DNA of 64,000 nucleotides from an uncultured delta proteobacterium (GTDB taxonomy: Bacteria > Myxococcota_A > Polyangia > Polyangiales > Houyiibacteriaceae), in NCBI GenBank assembly GCA_963699755.1, contig CAVOVB010000001.1, positions 1,312,001-1,376,000 on the forward strand. The letters are read 5' to 3'. This document shows, one piece after another, positions 9,238 through 20,062 of the stretch. The notes under the pieces are model-generated. The model was not told the origin of the DNA. It saw only the letters and a list, made by a program, of their open reading frames with translations, and made no database searches. Numbering within the stretch: position 1 is the stretch's first letter; each line of letters starts with the position of its first letter. The position numbers and the translations under genes were made by a program.

Positions 9238-9843
9238 GTGGGGTTCAAAATGAGCACAAGCCGTCTTGCATGCATGCTCCTCGCAGCTCTCGTGCTCTCT
9301 TGTGCGCAGGATGACGGCCCGGTTCTGGTGGATGCGCAGTGGAACCTGACCTGCCCGTCCGGCGGTGAGATCGATTGCGCGGCACCCGCCGAGACTTGCC
9401 TCGGCGATTCGGGCCAACGCGAGATCGTAGGTGAGCATCGGCAAGTTGCTTGCACCGGTGATCCAATGGTCGTGATCTGCGAAGCGATCCAGCGGTCCGA
9501 CGGAACGAGGGTCCTTTACCTCGAAGCCAACATCAGCGAAGAGTTCGCCTTCGAGCTCCGCGGGGCGACCGTCGATGTCGGAAATGGCTCGATGGCACCC
9601 ACCGCTTGCAACGTCACCATCATCGAAGACCAGGTCCCTTACGACGTCGGCGACTGCGGGCAAGATCCGCCCTCGATCGCGCAGCCCTGCCAACTCTCGA
9701 ACATCGAGATCTCGGGTAACGAGTTGGTCTTCAACCTCGAGTGCGACGCATTGCTGAGCAGCACGACGGGCGCCGGCTTCGACGTAGGCGCAGTCGGCGG
9801 CGGCCCGACGACGATCCGCTTCGCCAATTGCACTGGCTTCTAG
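9238..9843 (+). CDS. Cys-rich hypothetical lipoprotein
   Basis: Lipobox VLSC followed by about ten further Cys. Start is GTG 9238 (6 nt after TAACCT) or ATG 9250. Confidence 0.7.
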   Translation: MGFKMSTSRLACMLLAALVLSCAQDDGPVLVDAQWNLTCPSGGEIDCAAPAETCLGDSGQREIVGEHRQVACTGDPMVVICEAIQRSDGTRVLYLEANISEEFAFELRGATVDVGNGSMAPTACNVTIIEDQVPYDVGDCGQDPPSIAQPCQLSNIEISGNELVFNLECDALLSSTTGAGFDVGAVGGGPTTIRFANCTGF

Positions 9844-11378
9844 AGGGCCTTCTGAGCGAGGTCACTGCCGTCGAAGCGAAGGGCCGTCGGCTTTTCGTCG
9901 ACGATCGTGTGAATTTCGACAGGGCGCGTCCAGACGCGGCTCAGCGCTTTCACGACTTCCTTGGCCCAATCCAATCGTAGGTCGGCGCCCTGGTGGCGAT
10001 GCTCGAGAAGCAGCTCTGAGCGATTCCCATGGTTTGCATCTACCACGGAGATGATTGGATTGCCCGCATTGGTGAGGCTCGTCAGCAGCTGTCTCTTCAC
10101 GTCCTGGAAGGTGCGACTTTCGATTTCCCAGCGATCGTTTCGCTGGTTGTACCCGAAGGCATAGAGCTTCTGGTCGATGACGAAGTCCTCCGTGAGGTAC
10201 TCGTCTATGAACGTCACGTCGTTGTACAGGGCGCGCACTTCGAAGATCTTCTCGCGCCCGAGACCGGTGCGACGGTCCCAATGGCGGCGAAGCCCCCAGT
10301 CGTCGCAATCATCCCACTCCTTCCCGAACTGCCCTTTGTTCCAGCGCTCTTCGATGTGTCGGAAGAGCTCGATGCCGAGCTTGTAGGGGTTGAGCTGCCC
10401 GGGTGTGGTCGCAAGGACGCTGGCGCAGCGGTCGGCGTAGTCCACAATCTCGCTCGAGTCGCAGATGTTCTCCGTCATGAGGCGGCTGTGCCAGTAGCTG
10501 GCCCAACCTTCATTCATGATCTTGGTCTGCATCTGCGGGAGGAAGTAATAGGCTTCCTCCCGGACGACCGCGAGGCACTCGCGCTCCCATCGCTGAAGAG
10601 GAGCGTTCTCGAGAAGGAAGCCAAGCACGTCCCGCTGGGGCTCCGCCGGGAATCGCTGCGCTTGCGCAGCCTCGTCGACCATTTTCTGTTTCTGTGATTG
10701 GACGAACTCCTCGGGGTTGATGAAGGACTCCATGTACTCGCGGTCGACGCGGAGAAGCGGTACCTCCGGAGTTTCGGGCAGCTCTTCCTCTTCGGAGCTG
10801 CTTGGAGAGCTGTCTTTCGGCAGGAAAGGCTTTTGTGGATCGATCAGGTTCTCGAGGCTCAAGCAGGCGTCGATGAACTGCTCTACGGTCTCTATCCCGA
10901 TGCGATTGGCCCACTTGCGGATGACCGCTCCGTGGTTGGCCATAGCATCGATCCACTTGCGCACGTCGGCGCCGCTCTTTGGGTCGCGTCCTTGGCTCGT
11001 CATGCGAAAGCAGAAGTTGTTCTTGAAAAAGTCGACGTGCGCATACACATGCGCCATCACGAGCTTCTGGTCGACGAGACTGTTGCCTTCCAGAAGGTAA
11101 GCGATCGACGGATTGTTGTTGATCACCAGCTCGTAGATTTTGGAGAGCCCGTACTCGTGGCTCTTGCTCAAACGCTCGTACTCCATGCCCCAGCGCCAAT
11201 GCGGGTAGCGAGTCGGGAAGCCACCGTAGGCGGCGACTTCGTTCATCTGGTCATAGCTCAGAACTTCGAAAATCGTTGGAAAGAAATCCAAGCCCACGCC
11301 GCGCGCGAACTCTTCAATCCGTCGTTGCTCGTCGCGAAGGTAGTTCGGAAGAGCGGTTTTCAGTGCGAATTGCGCCAC
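9840..11378 (-). CDS. spoVR: SpoVR/YcgB family protein
   Basis: [56 protein letters not shown]. Confidence 0.95.
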   Translation of the reverse strand: MAQFALKTALPNYLRDEQRRIEEFARGVGLDFFPTIFEVLSYDQMNEVAAYGGFPTRYPHWRWGMEYERLSKSHEYGLSKIYELVINNNPSIAYLLEGNSLVDQKLVMAHVYAHVDFFKNNFCFRMTSQGRDPKSGADVRKWIDAMANHGAVIRKWANRIGIETVEQFIDACLSLENLIDPQKPFLPKDSSPSSSEEEELPETPEVPLLRVDREYMESFINPEEFVQSQKQKMVDEAAQAQRFPAEPQRDVLGFLLENAPLQRWERECLAVVREEAYYFLPQMQTKIMNEGWASYWHSRLMTENICDSSEIVDYADRCASVLATTPGQLNPYKLGIELFRHIEERWNKGQFGKEWDDCDDWGLRRHWDRRTGLGREKIFEVRALYNDVTFIDEYLTEDFVIDQKLYAFGYNQRNDRWEIESRTFQDVKRQLLTSLTNAGNPIISVVDANHGNRSELLLEHRHQGADLRLDWAKEVVKALSRVWTRPVEIHTIVDEKPTALRFDGSDLAQKAL

Positions 11379-11381
11379 GCG

Positions 11382-12494
11382 CTACTTCCCCTTCCCGAGA
11401 AACTCTCGAATCGATTCGACGATAGCTTCACGGTCATTGATCTCGCTCGTGATTAGTTGATCGTCTCCTGAGAAGTGCTCCTTGAGGTCCTTGATGAACT
11501 GTCCGGAGCCATACGGGCTATCGACCTGTCCGTAGCAAAAGACGTTGGAAGATGGGAGGAGGAGCTTCTTCAGGATGTCGACGCAGAGCAACGTGTCGTC
11601 GACGCTCCAATTGTCACCATCCGAAAAATGGAAAGGGTAAATGTTCCACTCCGAGGAGGGATAGTCGCGTTCGATCATGTCGGCAGCGAGCCGGTAGGCC
11701 GAGGAGATCATGGTGCCGCCAGATTCCCTTGTGCGGAAGAACGTATCGCGGTCGACTTCGCGCGCGGCCGCATCGTGAATGATGAAGCGTGTTTCGATGC
11801 CCTTGTATTGCTTGCGCAGCCAGGTATCAATCCAGAACGACTCGATGCGAACGATTTCCTTCTGCTCGTCGCCCATCGAGCCAGACACGTCCATCATGTA
11901 GATGATGACCGCGTTCGCGACGGGCTCTTCCTCGGTCTTCCAGGACTTGTAGCGCATGTCCTCGCGAGTCGGGATGATCACCGGATGCTTCGGGTCGTAG
12001 GTGCCGAGCGCGATTTGGCGGCGGAGCGCGCTTCGAAACGTACGCTTGAAGTGACGGAGCGAGTTTGGGCCCACGTTGCGCACGCCTATGTAGCGATCCT
12101 TCTTGTCGACGACTGCACTCTTGCCCTTGTTCTCGATGTTCGGGAGCGCCAGCTCCTCGCCGAGGATGTCTGCCAGCTCGTCGAGCGTGAGCTCTACTTC
12201 GAGCGGATGATCGCCGGCCTGATCGCCCGCTCGCTTCCCGTCACCCTCTCCCTCCTGCGGGCTTCCAGACAAGGGATCCCCTGGGTCCCCGTCGCCCTGG
12301 GCCACGCCGCCTTGTTGCTTGTCGCCGAAGCGCAACTTCGGAATGTCGATGTGCGGGATTGGGATCGAGACGATGTCTTTTCCCTGGCGGCCCAGCAGCT
12401 CACCCTTGGAGATGTACTTGCGAAGATTCTGACGAATCCGACCGCGAACGATGTTGCGGAACCGGGAATGATCCTGGTCGATGCGCAGCGACAC
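11382..12494 (-). CDS. yeaH: YeaH/YhbH (DUF444) vWA-like protein
   Basis: [14 protein letters not shown]-like motif, [24 protein letters not shown]; lies between prkA and spoVR. Confidence 0.93.
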   Translation of the reverse strand: MSLRIDQDHSRFRNIVRGRIRQNLRKYISKGELLGRQGKDIVSIPIPHIDIPKLRFGDKQQGGVAQGDGDPGDPLSGSPQEGEGDGKRAGDQAGDHPLEVELTLDELADILGEELALPNIENKGKSAVVDKKDRYIGVRNVGPNSLRHFKRTFRSALRRQIALGTYDPKHPVIIPTREDMRYKSWKTEEEPVANAVIIYMMDVSGSMGDEQKEIVRIESFWIDTWLRKQYKGIETRFIIHDAAAREVDRDTFFRTRESGGTMISSAYRLAADMIERDYPSSEWNIYPFHFSDGDNWSVDDTLLCVDILKKLLLPSSNVFCYGQVDSPYGSGQFIKDLKEHFSGDDQLITSEINDREAIVESIREFLGKGK

Positions 12495-12497
12495 CCT

Positions 12498-14543
12498 TTA
12501 CTCCTTTACGTCGCCCCTCGCGAAGATGCTGGCGACATAAGCGAGCACATCGGTAGCTGATGCCTCGTTGTAGCCGTAGTATTTGATGAGCCGATTCTTG
12601 ATGATGTCGATCTTGTCCTGCGTTTCTTTGTCGATCACGTTCGACACGAAGCTCGACAGCTTGATCGAGTCCTTCTGATCTTCGAAGAGCTTCATCTCGA
12701 GCGCGCGCCGCAATCGATCGTTCGTTTCGTAGGTGAACTTCTTTCCTTCGAGCGCCAGATGACCGATGAAGTTCATGATTTCCCGTCGGAAGTCGTCTTT
12801 GCGTGGATCGGTGATGTCAATCTTCTCTTCGATGGAACGCATCAGCCGCTCGTCCGGCTCCTCGTCTTTGCCGGTGTACTTGTTCTTCACCTTCTGCTTC
12901 ATCAAGTAAGCGCGAATGTTGTCGATGTAGTTCGCGGAAAGTCGTCCAATCGCCTCTTCGTCGGCGCTGATCGCGCGCTGCACTTCGTTCTTGACGATCT
13001 CGTCGTACTCGGCCTTCACGACGCCGATCAGCTCCGCATAGCGCTTGCCTTGTTCGTCGCCGACGGTGAGGGAGGCGGTGAGCCCCTTCTCGAGCTCGTT
13101 GAGCACCATGAACGGGTTGATGTACCCCTCGGTGCCTTCACGAACGAGCGAGTTGCTGATCTTGTCCTGCACGTAGCGAGGCGACATGCCTTCGAGGCCT
13201 TCGCGATTCGCTTCCTTGCGGAGCTCCTTCACGTTGTCTTGCGTGTACCCCGGGAGAATTTTGCCATCGTAGAGCTTCAGCTTCTGCAACAAGGCGAGCT
13301 GATGCTTCTTGGGCTCTTCCAGGCGCGTCAAGACAGCCCACATCGCCGCCACTTCGAGCGTGTGGGGCGCCACGTGCTTGCCGCGCAAGCGAGCCGAGCT
13401 GAAGTCTTTTTGGTAAATCTTGATCTCTTCGCTCATCTTCGTGATGTACGGGATGTCGATCTTGATCGTGCGGTCGCGAAGCGCTTCCATGAACTCGTTG
13501 TTGATGAGCTTTTTGTACTCCGCTTCGTTCGTGTGACCGATGATTACCTCGTCGATGTCGGTCTGCGCAAACTTCTTCGGCTTGATCTTGTGCTCTTGGG
13601 TCGCACCGAGCAGGTCGTAGAGGAAGGCGACGTCGAGCTTCAAGACCTCGACGAACTCGACCACGCCACGATTCGCGATGTTGAACTCGCCATCGAAGTT
13701 GAAGGCGCGCGGGTCCGAGTCAGAACCGTATTCGGCAATCTTTCGATAGTTGATATCACCTGTCAGCTCGGTCGAATCTTGGTTCTTTTCGTCTTTCGGC
13801 TGAAAGGTGCCGATGCCTACGCGGTCCTGTTCGCTCAAGAGCAGACGTTTCACGTTGACGTGATTGGACATCACTTTCGACCAGTCGCCGTCGTAGCGTT
13901 CGAGCAGGCTCTTGAAGATGAACCTGCATGCGGGGTTGAGCTCGCCCTGTACCCGGACACGCCTCCGATCGTCGCCCAGGCGAAGCTCCTGCACGGCTTG
14001 CTCCCGCCACTCGGCTGGTATCAATCGAAGTGGCTCGTCGTGCATGGGGCAGGGGAAGACGTCGTCACCGCCCGCGAGCCCGGTTTGGTGCAAGTTGGTC
14101 CACTCGTAGGTGTAGAGCGCACCTTCCGGAGTTCGCGAGTAGCGCTCGAGCCCCTTCTTGAGCAGACGCGCGATCGTGCTCTTCGACGAGCCGACCGGCC
14201 CGTGCAGCAGGATGATTCGCTTTTCAGGGCCGTAACCTTGTGCGGCGGCGTGAAGAACGTGAACCAAGCGCATCAATGGTATGTCCAAGCCGAAGATCGC
14301 ATCCTTGCCGTTTTCGATTGGATCTTTGAAGAAGGGATATCGAATCAGCTTCTTCTTGTTATCGATGTACTCCTCTTCACCGTACGAGATCACCATGTCG
14401 TAGAGTCGCTGGAACGCGTTGCGCGTCACCTGCGGTTTGTCTCGTACGATCTGAAGATAGTCTTCGAAGGAGCCTTCCCAGTGTAGGTCCTGGTAGCTTT
14501 CGTAGTCCTGCAGGGCAGCAATCTGCTTGACCATTTCCCCCAT
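12498..14543 (-). CDS. prkA: PrkA/YeaG AAA+ serine protein kinase family
   Basis: [60 protein letters not shown] before ATG at 14543. Confidence 0.95.
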   Translation of the reverse strand: MGEMVKQIAALQDYESYQDLHWEGSFEDYLQIVRDKPQVTRNAFQRLYDMVISYGEEEYIDNKKKLIRYPFFKDPIENGKDAIFGLDIPLMRLVHVLHAAAQGYGPEKRIILLHGPVGSSKSTIARLLKKGLERYSRTPEGALYTYEWTNLHQTGLAGGDDVFPCPMHDEPLRLIPAEWREQAVQELRLGDDRRRVRVQGELNPACRFIFKSLLERYDGDWSKVMSNHVNVKRLLLSEQDRVGIGTFQPKDEKNQDSTELTGDINYRKIAEYGSDSDPRAFNFDGEFNIANRGVVEFVEVLKLDVAFLYDLLGATQEHKIKPKKFAQTDIDEVIIGHTNEAEYKKLINNEFMEALRDRTIKIDIPYITKMSEEIKIYQKDFSSARLRGKHVAPHTLEVAAMWAVLTRLEEPKKHQLALLQKLKLYDGKILPGYTQDNVKELRKEANREGLEGMSPRYVQDKISNSLVREGTEGYINPFMVLNELEKGLTASLTVGDEQGKRYAELIGVVKAEYDEIVKNEVQRAISADEEAIGRLSANYIDNIRAYLMKQKVKNKYTGKDEEPDERLMRSIEEKIDITDPRKDDFRREIMNFIGHLALEGKKFTYETNDRLRRALEMKLFEDQKDSIKLSSFVSNVIDKETQDKIDIIKNRLIKYYGYNEASATDVLAYVASIFARGDVKE

Positions 14544-14595
14544 GTGCGAAGTCCTCCTTGTCGAGCAGGGTAGCACCAACCCCGATCCTTGTTAA

Positions 14596-15357
14596 CTATC
14601 GAAGCCAGGCGGCAATGCAGGTCGCGACCACGGCTGCGAACACGAACCATCTCAAGCCTGCGGTGGGGACTCTGAGCATGAGGCGAACGCCGAGCCGGGC
14701 GCCGATGATCGAAGCGGCTGCCAATACGACGGCGGGAGTCCAGGACACCAGGCCCGCCCAGGCGAAGATGCCAAGGGAGACCGAGCCAAAGGCTAGCGTC
14801 ACCACCAACTTGAGCGCATTGCCGCCCACCAGATCATGACGCAGCGTCCCAACTAGGACGCCGAGCAATAGAAAACCCACTCCCGCCTGTATGAATCCCC
14901 CGTAGAGACCGGCCAGGAAGAGACCAAGATAGGAACGAGGTGCTTGCCGAGGACGGAGTGTCGGCCCGTCGGCTGGAATCAGAGTCTGCTTCCGGAGCGC
15001 GATGAGCGCTGCCATCAGAACCATCGTGGCGAGCATAATTGGCTTGAGCACCTCTCGCGGGACCCGCGTTGCAAGGAGCGCGCCGACGATCGCGCCGAGC
15101 ACGGTAGGGACCAGAATCGGAACAATCGAGCCGCGGTCGAGCTTGCCTGCGCGACTCAGCGCTGCGGTGCCGGCGATACTCTGCGTGACCACACCCAGTC
15201 GATAGGTGCCGTTTGCGACATCCGCCGGGAGGCCGAGTGCGATCAACGCAGGCAGGACGATCATGCCGCCGCCGCCGGCCATGACGTTCACAATCGTGGC
15301 GAGCACGCCAGCTACTGCGAGGATCGCGAGGCTTTGGTAACTCAGCTCCTCGATCAT
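14596..15357 (-). CDS. Sulfite exporter TauE/SafE family protein
   Basis: AGGGG..LPALI..GLPADVANGT and GLYGGFIQAGVG; multi-TM. Confidence 0.9.
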   Translation of the reverse strand: MIEELSYQSLAILAVAGVLATIVNVMAGGGGMIVLPALIALGLPADVANGTYRLGVVTQSIAGTAALSRAGKLDRGSIVPILVPTVLGAIVGALLATRVPREVLKPIMLATMVLMAALIALRKQTLIPADGPTLRPRQAPRSYLGLFLAGLYGGFIQAGVGFLLLGVLVGTLRHDLVGGNALKLVVTLAFGSVSLGIFAWAGLVSWTPAVVLAAASIIGARLGVRLMLRVPTAGLRWFVFAAVVATCIAAWLR

Positions 15358-15435
15358 GAACGCTCCGCGTACGCACTATACCGTGTTTTCGTTTCTCGCT
15401 ACGGCTGGAGCCAAAGCGTGCTAGCGTTCGGCAAC

Positions 15436-16758
15436 TTGAAGAAGACCTACGTCTTGGACACCAATGTGGTCCTTCACGACCCGTTAGCAGTCTACAAATT
15501 CGAAGACAACGCGGTCGTTCTACCGATCTTCGTAATCGAAGAGGTCGATCAGTTCAAAAAGGAGCTCAGCGAGCTCGGGCAAAACGCCCGCCACCTCTCG
15601 CGCATTCTCGACGAGCTGCGAACGCAGAACGGACACACGCTCGATCAAGGGGTGCCGCTCGAAAACACTGGTGGTCAGCTTCGCGTCGCCGTCCCTGCCC
15701 AGATGCCCAAACGAGCTCCCGGGCCTGGAGAGATGGACCGCTTCATCTTGCAGATGGCGCTCGATCTCCGGGACGAACATCCCGAGCAGCCTCTCGTTTT
15801 CGTAACGATGGATACGAATCTCCGCATCCGCGCCGACGCGCTCGGGCTTCGAGCCGAAACCTACGAAGGAGGCCGTGTTTCGATCGACGAGCTCTACTCG
15901 GGCGTGGTCACCGCTGATGTCGATCGCTCGCTGGTCGACCAGCTCGCCCAACGCGAACGGGTCGATGCCACCGAGCTCGACGTCGAGCTCTATCCGCATG
16001 CCGGGGTAGTGCTTCGCCAGCAGGATCAGCAGAGGCACACCGCGCTAGGGCGCTTCGATCCGAAGATCGGCGCGGTCGTTCCTCTCGGAATTGGGAGGGA
16101 AGGAGTGTGGCGTGTTCGGCCTCGAAACCTCGAGCAGTACTTCGCGCTCGACATGCTCCTTTCGCCCGACATTCATCTGCTCACCTTGGTTGGCAAGGCG
16201 GGCACCGGCAAGACCTTGCTCGCAATTGCTGCGGGTCTTCAGTCCGTCGTTCAAGATGGTGCCTACAGTCGAATGCTGGTCTCCCGCCCGATCTTTCCCA
16301 TGGGCCGCGATGTCGGCTATCTACCGGGGACGGTGGAAGAGAAGCTCAATCCCTGGATGCAACCGATCTTCGACAACCTGGAGTACATCTTCAGTACTGG
16401 TCGCGGGCGGATGTCCGAGCATCGCAACTACGAGGAGCTGCTGGCATCGGGCGTGATTCAGATCGAACCGCTCACCTACATCCGCGGCCGCTCGCTCCCC
16501 AATCAGTTCCTCGTCGTCGACGAGGCGCAAAACCTCACCCCTCATCAAGTGAAAACGGTCATCACACGTTGCGGCGCCGACACCAAGATCGTCCTCACCG
16601 GTGACCCCTATCAGATCGACAACCCATACGTGGACGCTGCGAGCAACGGTCTCACCGTCGTTGCGCAGCGGTTTCAGGGCGAGGACATCGGTGCCCACGT
16701 GACCCTCTCGAAAGGTGAGCGAAGTGAGCTCGCAGAGCGCGCGACCCAGCTCCTCTGA
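15436..16758 (+). CDS. PIN domain-PhoH fusion protein (PhoH2/YbeZ-YlaK-like)
   Basis: KKTYVLDTNVVLHDP PIN start; GKAGTGKT; EPLTYIRGRSL; VVDEAQNLT; GDPYQID. Start is TTG 15436 or GTG 15418. Confidence 0.92.
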   Translation: MKKTYVLDTNVVLHDPLAVYKFEDNAVVLPIFVIEEVDQFKKELSELGQNARHLSRILDELRTQNGHTLDQGVPLENTGGQLRVAVPAQMPKRAPGPGEMDRFILQMALDLRDEHPEQPLVFVTMDTNLRIRADALGLRAETYEGGRVSIDELYSGVVTADVDRSLVDQLAQRERVDATELDVELYPHAGVVLRQQDQQRHTALGRFDPKIGAVVPLGIGREGVWRVRPRNLEQYFALDMLLSPDIHLLTLVGKAGTGKTLLAIAAGLQSVVQDGAYSRMLVSRPIFPMGRDVGYLPGTVEEKLNPWMQPIFDNLEYIFSTGRGRMSEHRNYEELLASGVIQIEPLTYIRGRSLPNQFLVVDEAQNLTPHQVKTVITRCGADTKIVLTGDPYQIDNPYVDAASNGLTVVAQRFQGEDIGAHVTLSKGERSELAERATQLL

Positions 16759-17962
16759 TCACCCTCGCGCTCGCCTCCGCGCAGAGCTCGACGTCGCCCT
16801 GCGCCGTTTGCACAACGCGGCGCGGCTTCTCGTCGGCTCGACCACGCACAGCGATCCAGGCGAACGACACCGGCTCGTCCGATCCGTTGCCAGAGGCGAG
16901 CATGCCAAGCCCCGATGGGAGTGGAAGCCGGTTCCCATCGAGCGAAGCGTCTGGCGTGAATTAGCGTCTGCGAGGAAGCTAGCTGCCGAGACGGAGGCGT
17001 CCGAGCTCTATCTTCCCAGGCTCGAAGAGCTCGAAACGGAGCTGCTGATTCTGGAAAACCTGGGCCGAAGCAAGCAAATTCGTCCGATGGCTGCACGGCT
17101 CTTCGGGACCGGCAGCGAACGGCTTTTTGCCGATGGCGAGCAGACCGTCCTATGCGCAGCGCACGAAATTCTCGCCCACGCGTCCCTAAAGCAAGAGCCA
17201 AAAACGATCCCAGCAGCGTCGGCCAATCGCAGCAGTCTTCGCGAGCTCATGCTCGCGTACGCCAAGCACGTCGGTCTGCACATCGCGGTGCGGGTCGATC
17301 CGGACTTGATCGCGAACGCGGCGGTTGGCGAACGCACCGTCTTCATCGCGGATCGGCTCTTCGGAGCGCACGAAGCGCAACGGCTTGCGACGCACGAGGT
17401 GTACGGGCACTTGGTGTCGGCGTTCAATGGGCGCACGCAGCCGCTCGGTGTATTTGCAATTGGCACCGCCGACTCCTACGGCGACCAGGAGGGGGTCGCG
17501 ATCTATCTCGAGGAGCTTGCAGGCCTGCTCGACGCGTCGCGACAGCGAACGTTGGCCGGTCGCCTGCTCGCAACCCATGCGATGCACGCCGGCGTGTCGT
17601 TCGGTGACGCTGCGCGCGCGCTGGTCAGCGAGCATCAGTTCTCCGCTGCGTGCGCCGTCACTCTCTGTGAGAGGGCGTTCCGGGCGGGCGGCGTCGCACG
17701 CGATGCCGTGTATCTCACGAGCTGGCTGCGCGTGCGCCGTGCTGTAGCCCGTGGAGAGGTCCACCTGAGCGAGCTGCAGCTCGGTAAGGTGTCGCTCAGC
17801 GCGCTCCCAGAGGCCCGCAGGCTCCTTCGTGAGGGGCTGATCAACCAGCCGATCTACTTGTCGAACTTGGCGAGAAGCCGGGGCAGCACCGGAGCAGGGA
17901 CGAGATCCGCGACGTTGCCTCCAAGCCTCGTGACCTCTTTGACCAGATTGGACGCAACGTAG
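16715..17962 (+). CDS. DUF1704 / QEGLA-motif metallopeptidase (tyrosine carboxypeptidase MATCAP-like)
   Basis: HEVYGH (HExxxH), NGRTQPL, DQEGVAIY, GG..RDAVYL, GKVSL. Start uncertain. Confidence 0.8.
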   Translation: MSEVSSQSARPSSSDHPRARLRAELDVALRRLHNAARLLVGSTTHSDPGERHRLVRSVARGEHAKPRWEWKPVPIERSVWRELASARKLAAETEASELYLPRLEELETELLILENLGRSKQIRPMAARLFGTGSERLFADGEQTVLCAAHEILAHASLKQEPKTIPAASANRSSLRELMLAYAKHVGLHIAVRVDPDLIANAAVGERTVFIADRLFGAHEAQRLATHEVYGHLVSAFNGRTQPLGVFAIGTADSYGDQEGVAIYLEELAGLLDASRQRTLAGRLLATHAMHAGVSFGDAARALVSEHQFSAACAVTLCERAFRAGGVARDAVYLTSWLRVRRAVARGEVHLSELQLGKVSLSALPEARRLLREGLINQPIYLSNLARSRGSTGAGTRSATLPPSLVTSLTRLDAT

Positions 17963-18348
17963 AAGTATGCGTCGTTGGCCATGATGAACACCGTTTCCAC
18001 CTCGGGGTTGAGGTGACGGTTCATGTTGGCCATCTGGAGCTCGTACTCGAAGTCCGCAACCGCGCGGAGGCCTCGCAGGATTACGCGTGCGTTTCTCCGG
18101 TGCGCGTAGTTGACCAGGAGGCCATCGAAGCTGTCGACCTCGATGCGGCCCGGGTCGGCGCCCATGTCAGCTGCCGACTCGCGGATCATCTCCATGCGCT
18201 CGGCGACGCTGAACAGCGGATGCTTCTTGTCGTTGTTCAAGACCGCGACGATGATCTTCTCGAACGCGACCAAACCGCTTTGAAGGATGGCGGTATGACC
18301 CTTGGTGATCGGGTCGAACGAACCGGGATAAACGGCGATGCCTCTCAC
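17854..18348 (-). CDS. coaD: Pantetheine-phosphate adenylyltransferase
   Basis: AVYPGSFDPITKGH, RGLRAVADFEYELQMA; GTG start overlaps the rsmD stop (GTGA). Confidence 0.96.
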   Translation of the reverse strand: MRGIAVYPGSFDPITKGHTAILQSGLVAFEKIIVAVLNNDKKHPLFSVAERMEMIRESAADMGADPGRIEVDSFDGLLVNYAHRRNARVILRGLRAVADFEYELQMANMNRHLNPEVETVFIMANDAYFYVASNLVKEVTRLGGNVADLVPAPVLPRLLAKFDK

Positions 18349-18932
18349 TGCTTGCCTTTCTCGGCCGCGTAGGTGCCGAGGCTGATAGCGGTTTGACCAT
18401 AGCGGTACTCGGCCTCCGGCGCGAGGACATTGGGCCAAATCCAATCGTGGCCAGCCGGGTGCTCCACGACGAGCCATGCACCGACTGCAAGCCGGCCGGC
18501 TGAGACCAACGCGTCTAGAATCGCTGCGATCGAATCGACTTCCGAATAGGGCGCATCGGCAAACACCAGGCTGAAGCCTAGGTCCGAGGGGGGAAGCTTG
18601 CGCACGACGTTTTCTGGCTCGCCCAGAAGGTCGAGTCGGGCCACACGGACCTCCTCGTCGAGGCCGAGCTCTCGCGCGCTCTGCCTGATCTGACGGACAG
18701 TCCGTGGATCGGCATCCACCAGCACGGCATCCGAAGCGCCACGGGATATCGCTTCGAAGCTGAGAGCCCCGGATCCGGCGAAGAGATCCAAGACCTTTGC
18801 ACCTTCAAAGGCTCCACGCGATTCGAGCGCGGAGCCAAGCGCTTCTCGCACTCGATCGGACGTAGGTCGAGTCCCTCGTCCGCTCGGTGCACTAAACCTG
18901 CGTCCCGAAAGTCGGCCCCCTACGATGCGCAT
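18345..18932 (-). CDS. rsmD: 16S rRNA m2G966 methyltransferase
   Basis: MRIVGG, TRPTSDRVREA, LDLFAGSGALSFEAISRGA, FADAPY; canonical rsmD-coaD pair. Confidence 0.93.
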   Translation of the reverse strand: MRIVGGRLSGRRFSAPSGRGTRPTSDRVREALGSALESRGAFEGAKVLDLFAGSGALSFEAISRGASDAVLVDADPRTVRQIRQSARELGLDEEVRVARLDLLGEPENVVRKLPPSDLGFSLVFADAPYSEVDSIAAILDALVSAGRLAVGAWLVVEHPAGHDWIWPNVLAPEAEYRYGQTAISLGTYAAEKGKQ

Positions 18933-18936
18933 GACC

Positions 18937-19932
18937 TCAGAACTCGAGTCGAGCGGTTAGGCCGCCGCGTCGCCTGCTTGCAACCGGTGTGAGCTGCAAC
19001 CGCGCGCGGTCCGAGCGTTTCTTGCTCTTCGCCGACCTCACGAGCAGCCAAGTGCCCACGCCAGCTGAAGCCAATGCCATACTCAAGAACACCCACTGCA
19101 AAGTCTCGTGTCGATCTGCTGTGGAGCACAGAGAGCCAAGTTCTTCAACTCCGAAGTTGCGTCCTGCCGCACAAACGTCGTTCACCTCTGGGCCTGCGAG
19201 CAGTCGAGCGCGCTGGAACGCCGGGTCTTTCTGGACGTTCCGAATCGTGCTCCAGCTCCAAGCCGACAGCCCGAGGAATACGAGCGTTCCGGTGTAGCTC
19301 ACGGCGGCCGGCCAAACGGGAAGCTCCCTGGGTTGCTCGCTCAAGAGATCCAGAGTCGATTGCTGCAAGCCGAGCTCAGTGTCGCGACTCAAGATCAGAT
19401 CCAGAGCTTGCTCCTTGCCGAGCTCGTCGAGGGGGGCATCCGCGAGAGCCTGGACTTCGATCTGTCCCATCACCGCAAGGTCCTGAGGTGTGCTCCGAGT
19501 CTTTGGGAACCGCAATGTGGAGGTCTTCTCGAACTGGCCCGTCGACGCGTTGAAATAGAACAGGTCTGCCCGAAAGTCGTAACCATCGCCGTCCTCGGAG
19601 GGCACCCTCGACACGGAGCCCGAGATCAGGCCGTCCGCCTTGATGCCTTCTGCGATTCTCGAAAGACAGTCTTCATCGGCGGCTTCACAACCGTGAACGA
19701 TCATCAGCTGTTCGAGCGAGACCATGGCACTGTGAAGCTGCCAACCTCGGACGGCGCTCGCGCCTGCGCGAAGCCAGCCCGTCAGCTCATTGGCAACGCC
19801 GTCGTCACCGTCGACTGCCCGTAGCCCGGGCACCGCAACGGCCAGCTCGGTCGGCTCATCCTGAGCGCGGGCGTCCTGAGCGGATGCGAGCACCGCGATC
19901 AAGAGCAAGACTCCCCTAAGCCACTTCTTCAT
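18937..19932 (-). CDS. Secreted hypothetical protein with two C-terminal hydrophobic helices and terminal beta-strand
   Basis: Signal peptide MKKWLR...DARA|Q; C.AADEDCL..IA motif; two hydrophobic segments; ends GGLTARLEF. Confidence 0.75.
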   Translation of the reverse strand: MKKWLRGVLLLIAVLASAQDARAQDEPTELAVAVPGLRAVDGDDGVANELTGWLRAGASAVRGWQLHSAMVSLEQLMIVHGCEAADEDCLSRIAEGIKADGLISGSVSRVPSEDGDGYDFRADLFYFNASTGQFEKTSTLRFPKTRSTPQDLAVMGQIEVQALADAPLDELGKEQALDLILSRDTELGLQQSTLDLLSEQPRELPVWPAAVSYTGTLVFLGLSAWSWSTIRNVQKDPAFQRARLLAGPEVNDVCAAGRNFGVEELGSLCSTADRHETLQWVFLSMALASAGVGTWLLVRSAKSKKRSDRARLQLTPVASRRRGGLTARLEF

Positions 19933-20062
19933 TTGCCCCAAGTTCCTACTCAAAAAGAATAGGCAAAACTGAAGCTTGTGGCCAAACGCACGTCCCAGGG
20001 AGGAATTGTCCTACCCTCTGCCAGATGCTACGCCCTTCGGGCCTTTAGGGAAGCTTACCGAC

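Noticed and set aside
14944..15435. N-terminal extension of the PhoH ORF in the ORF track
   Set aside because: Overlaps the tauE gene on the opposite strand; PIN homology starts at KKTYVLDTN.
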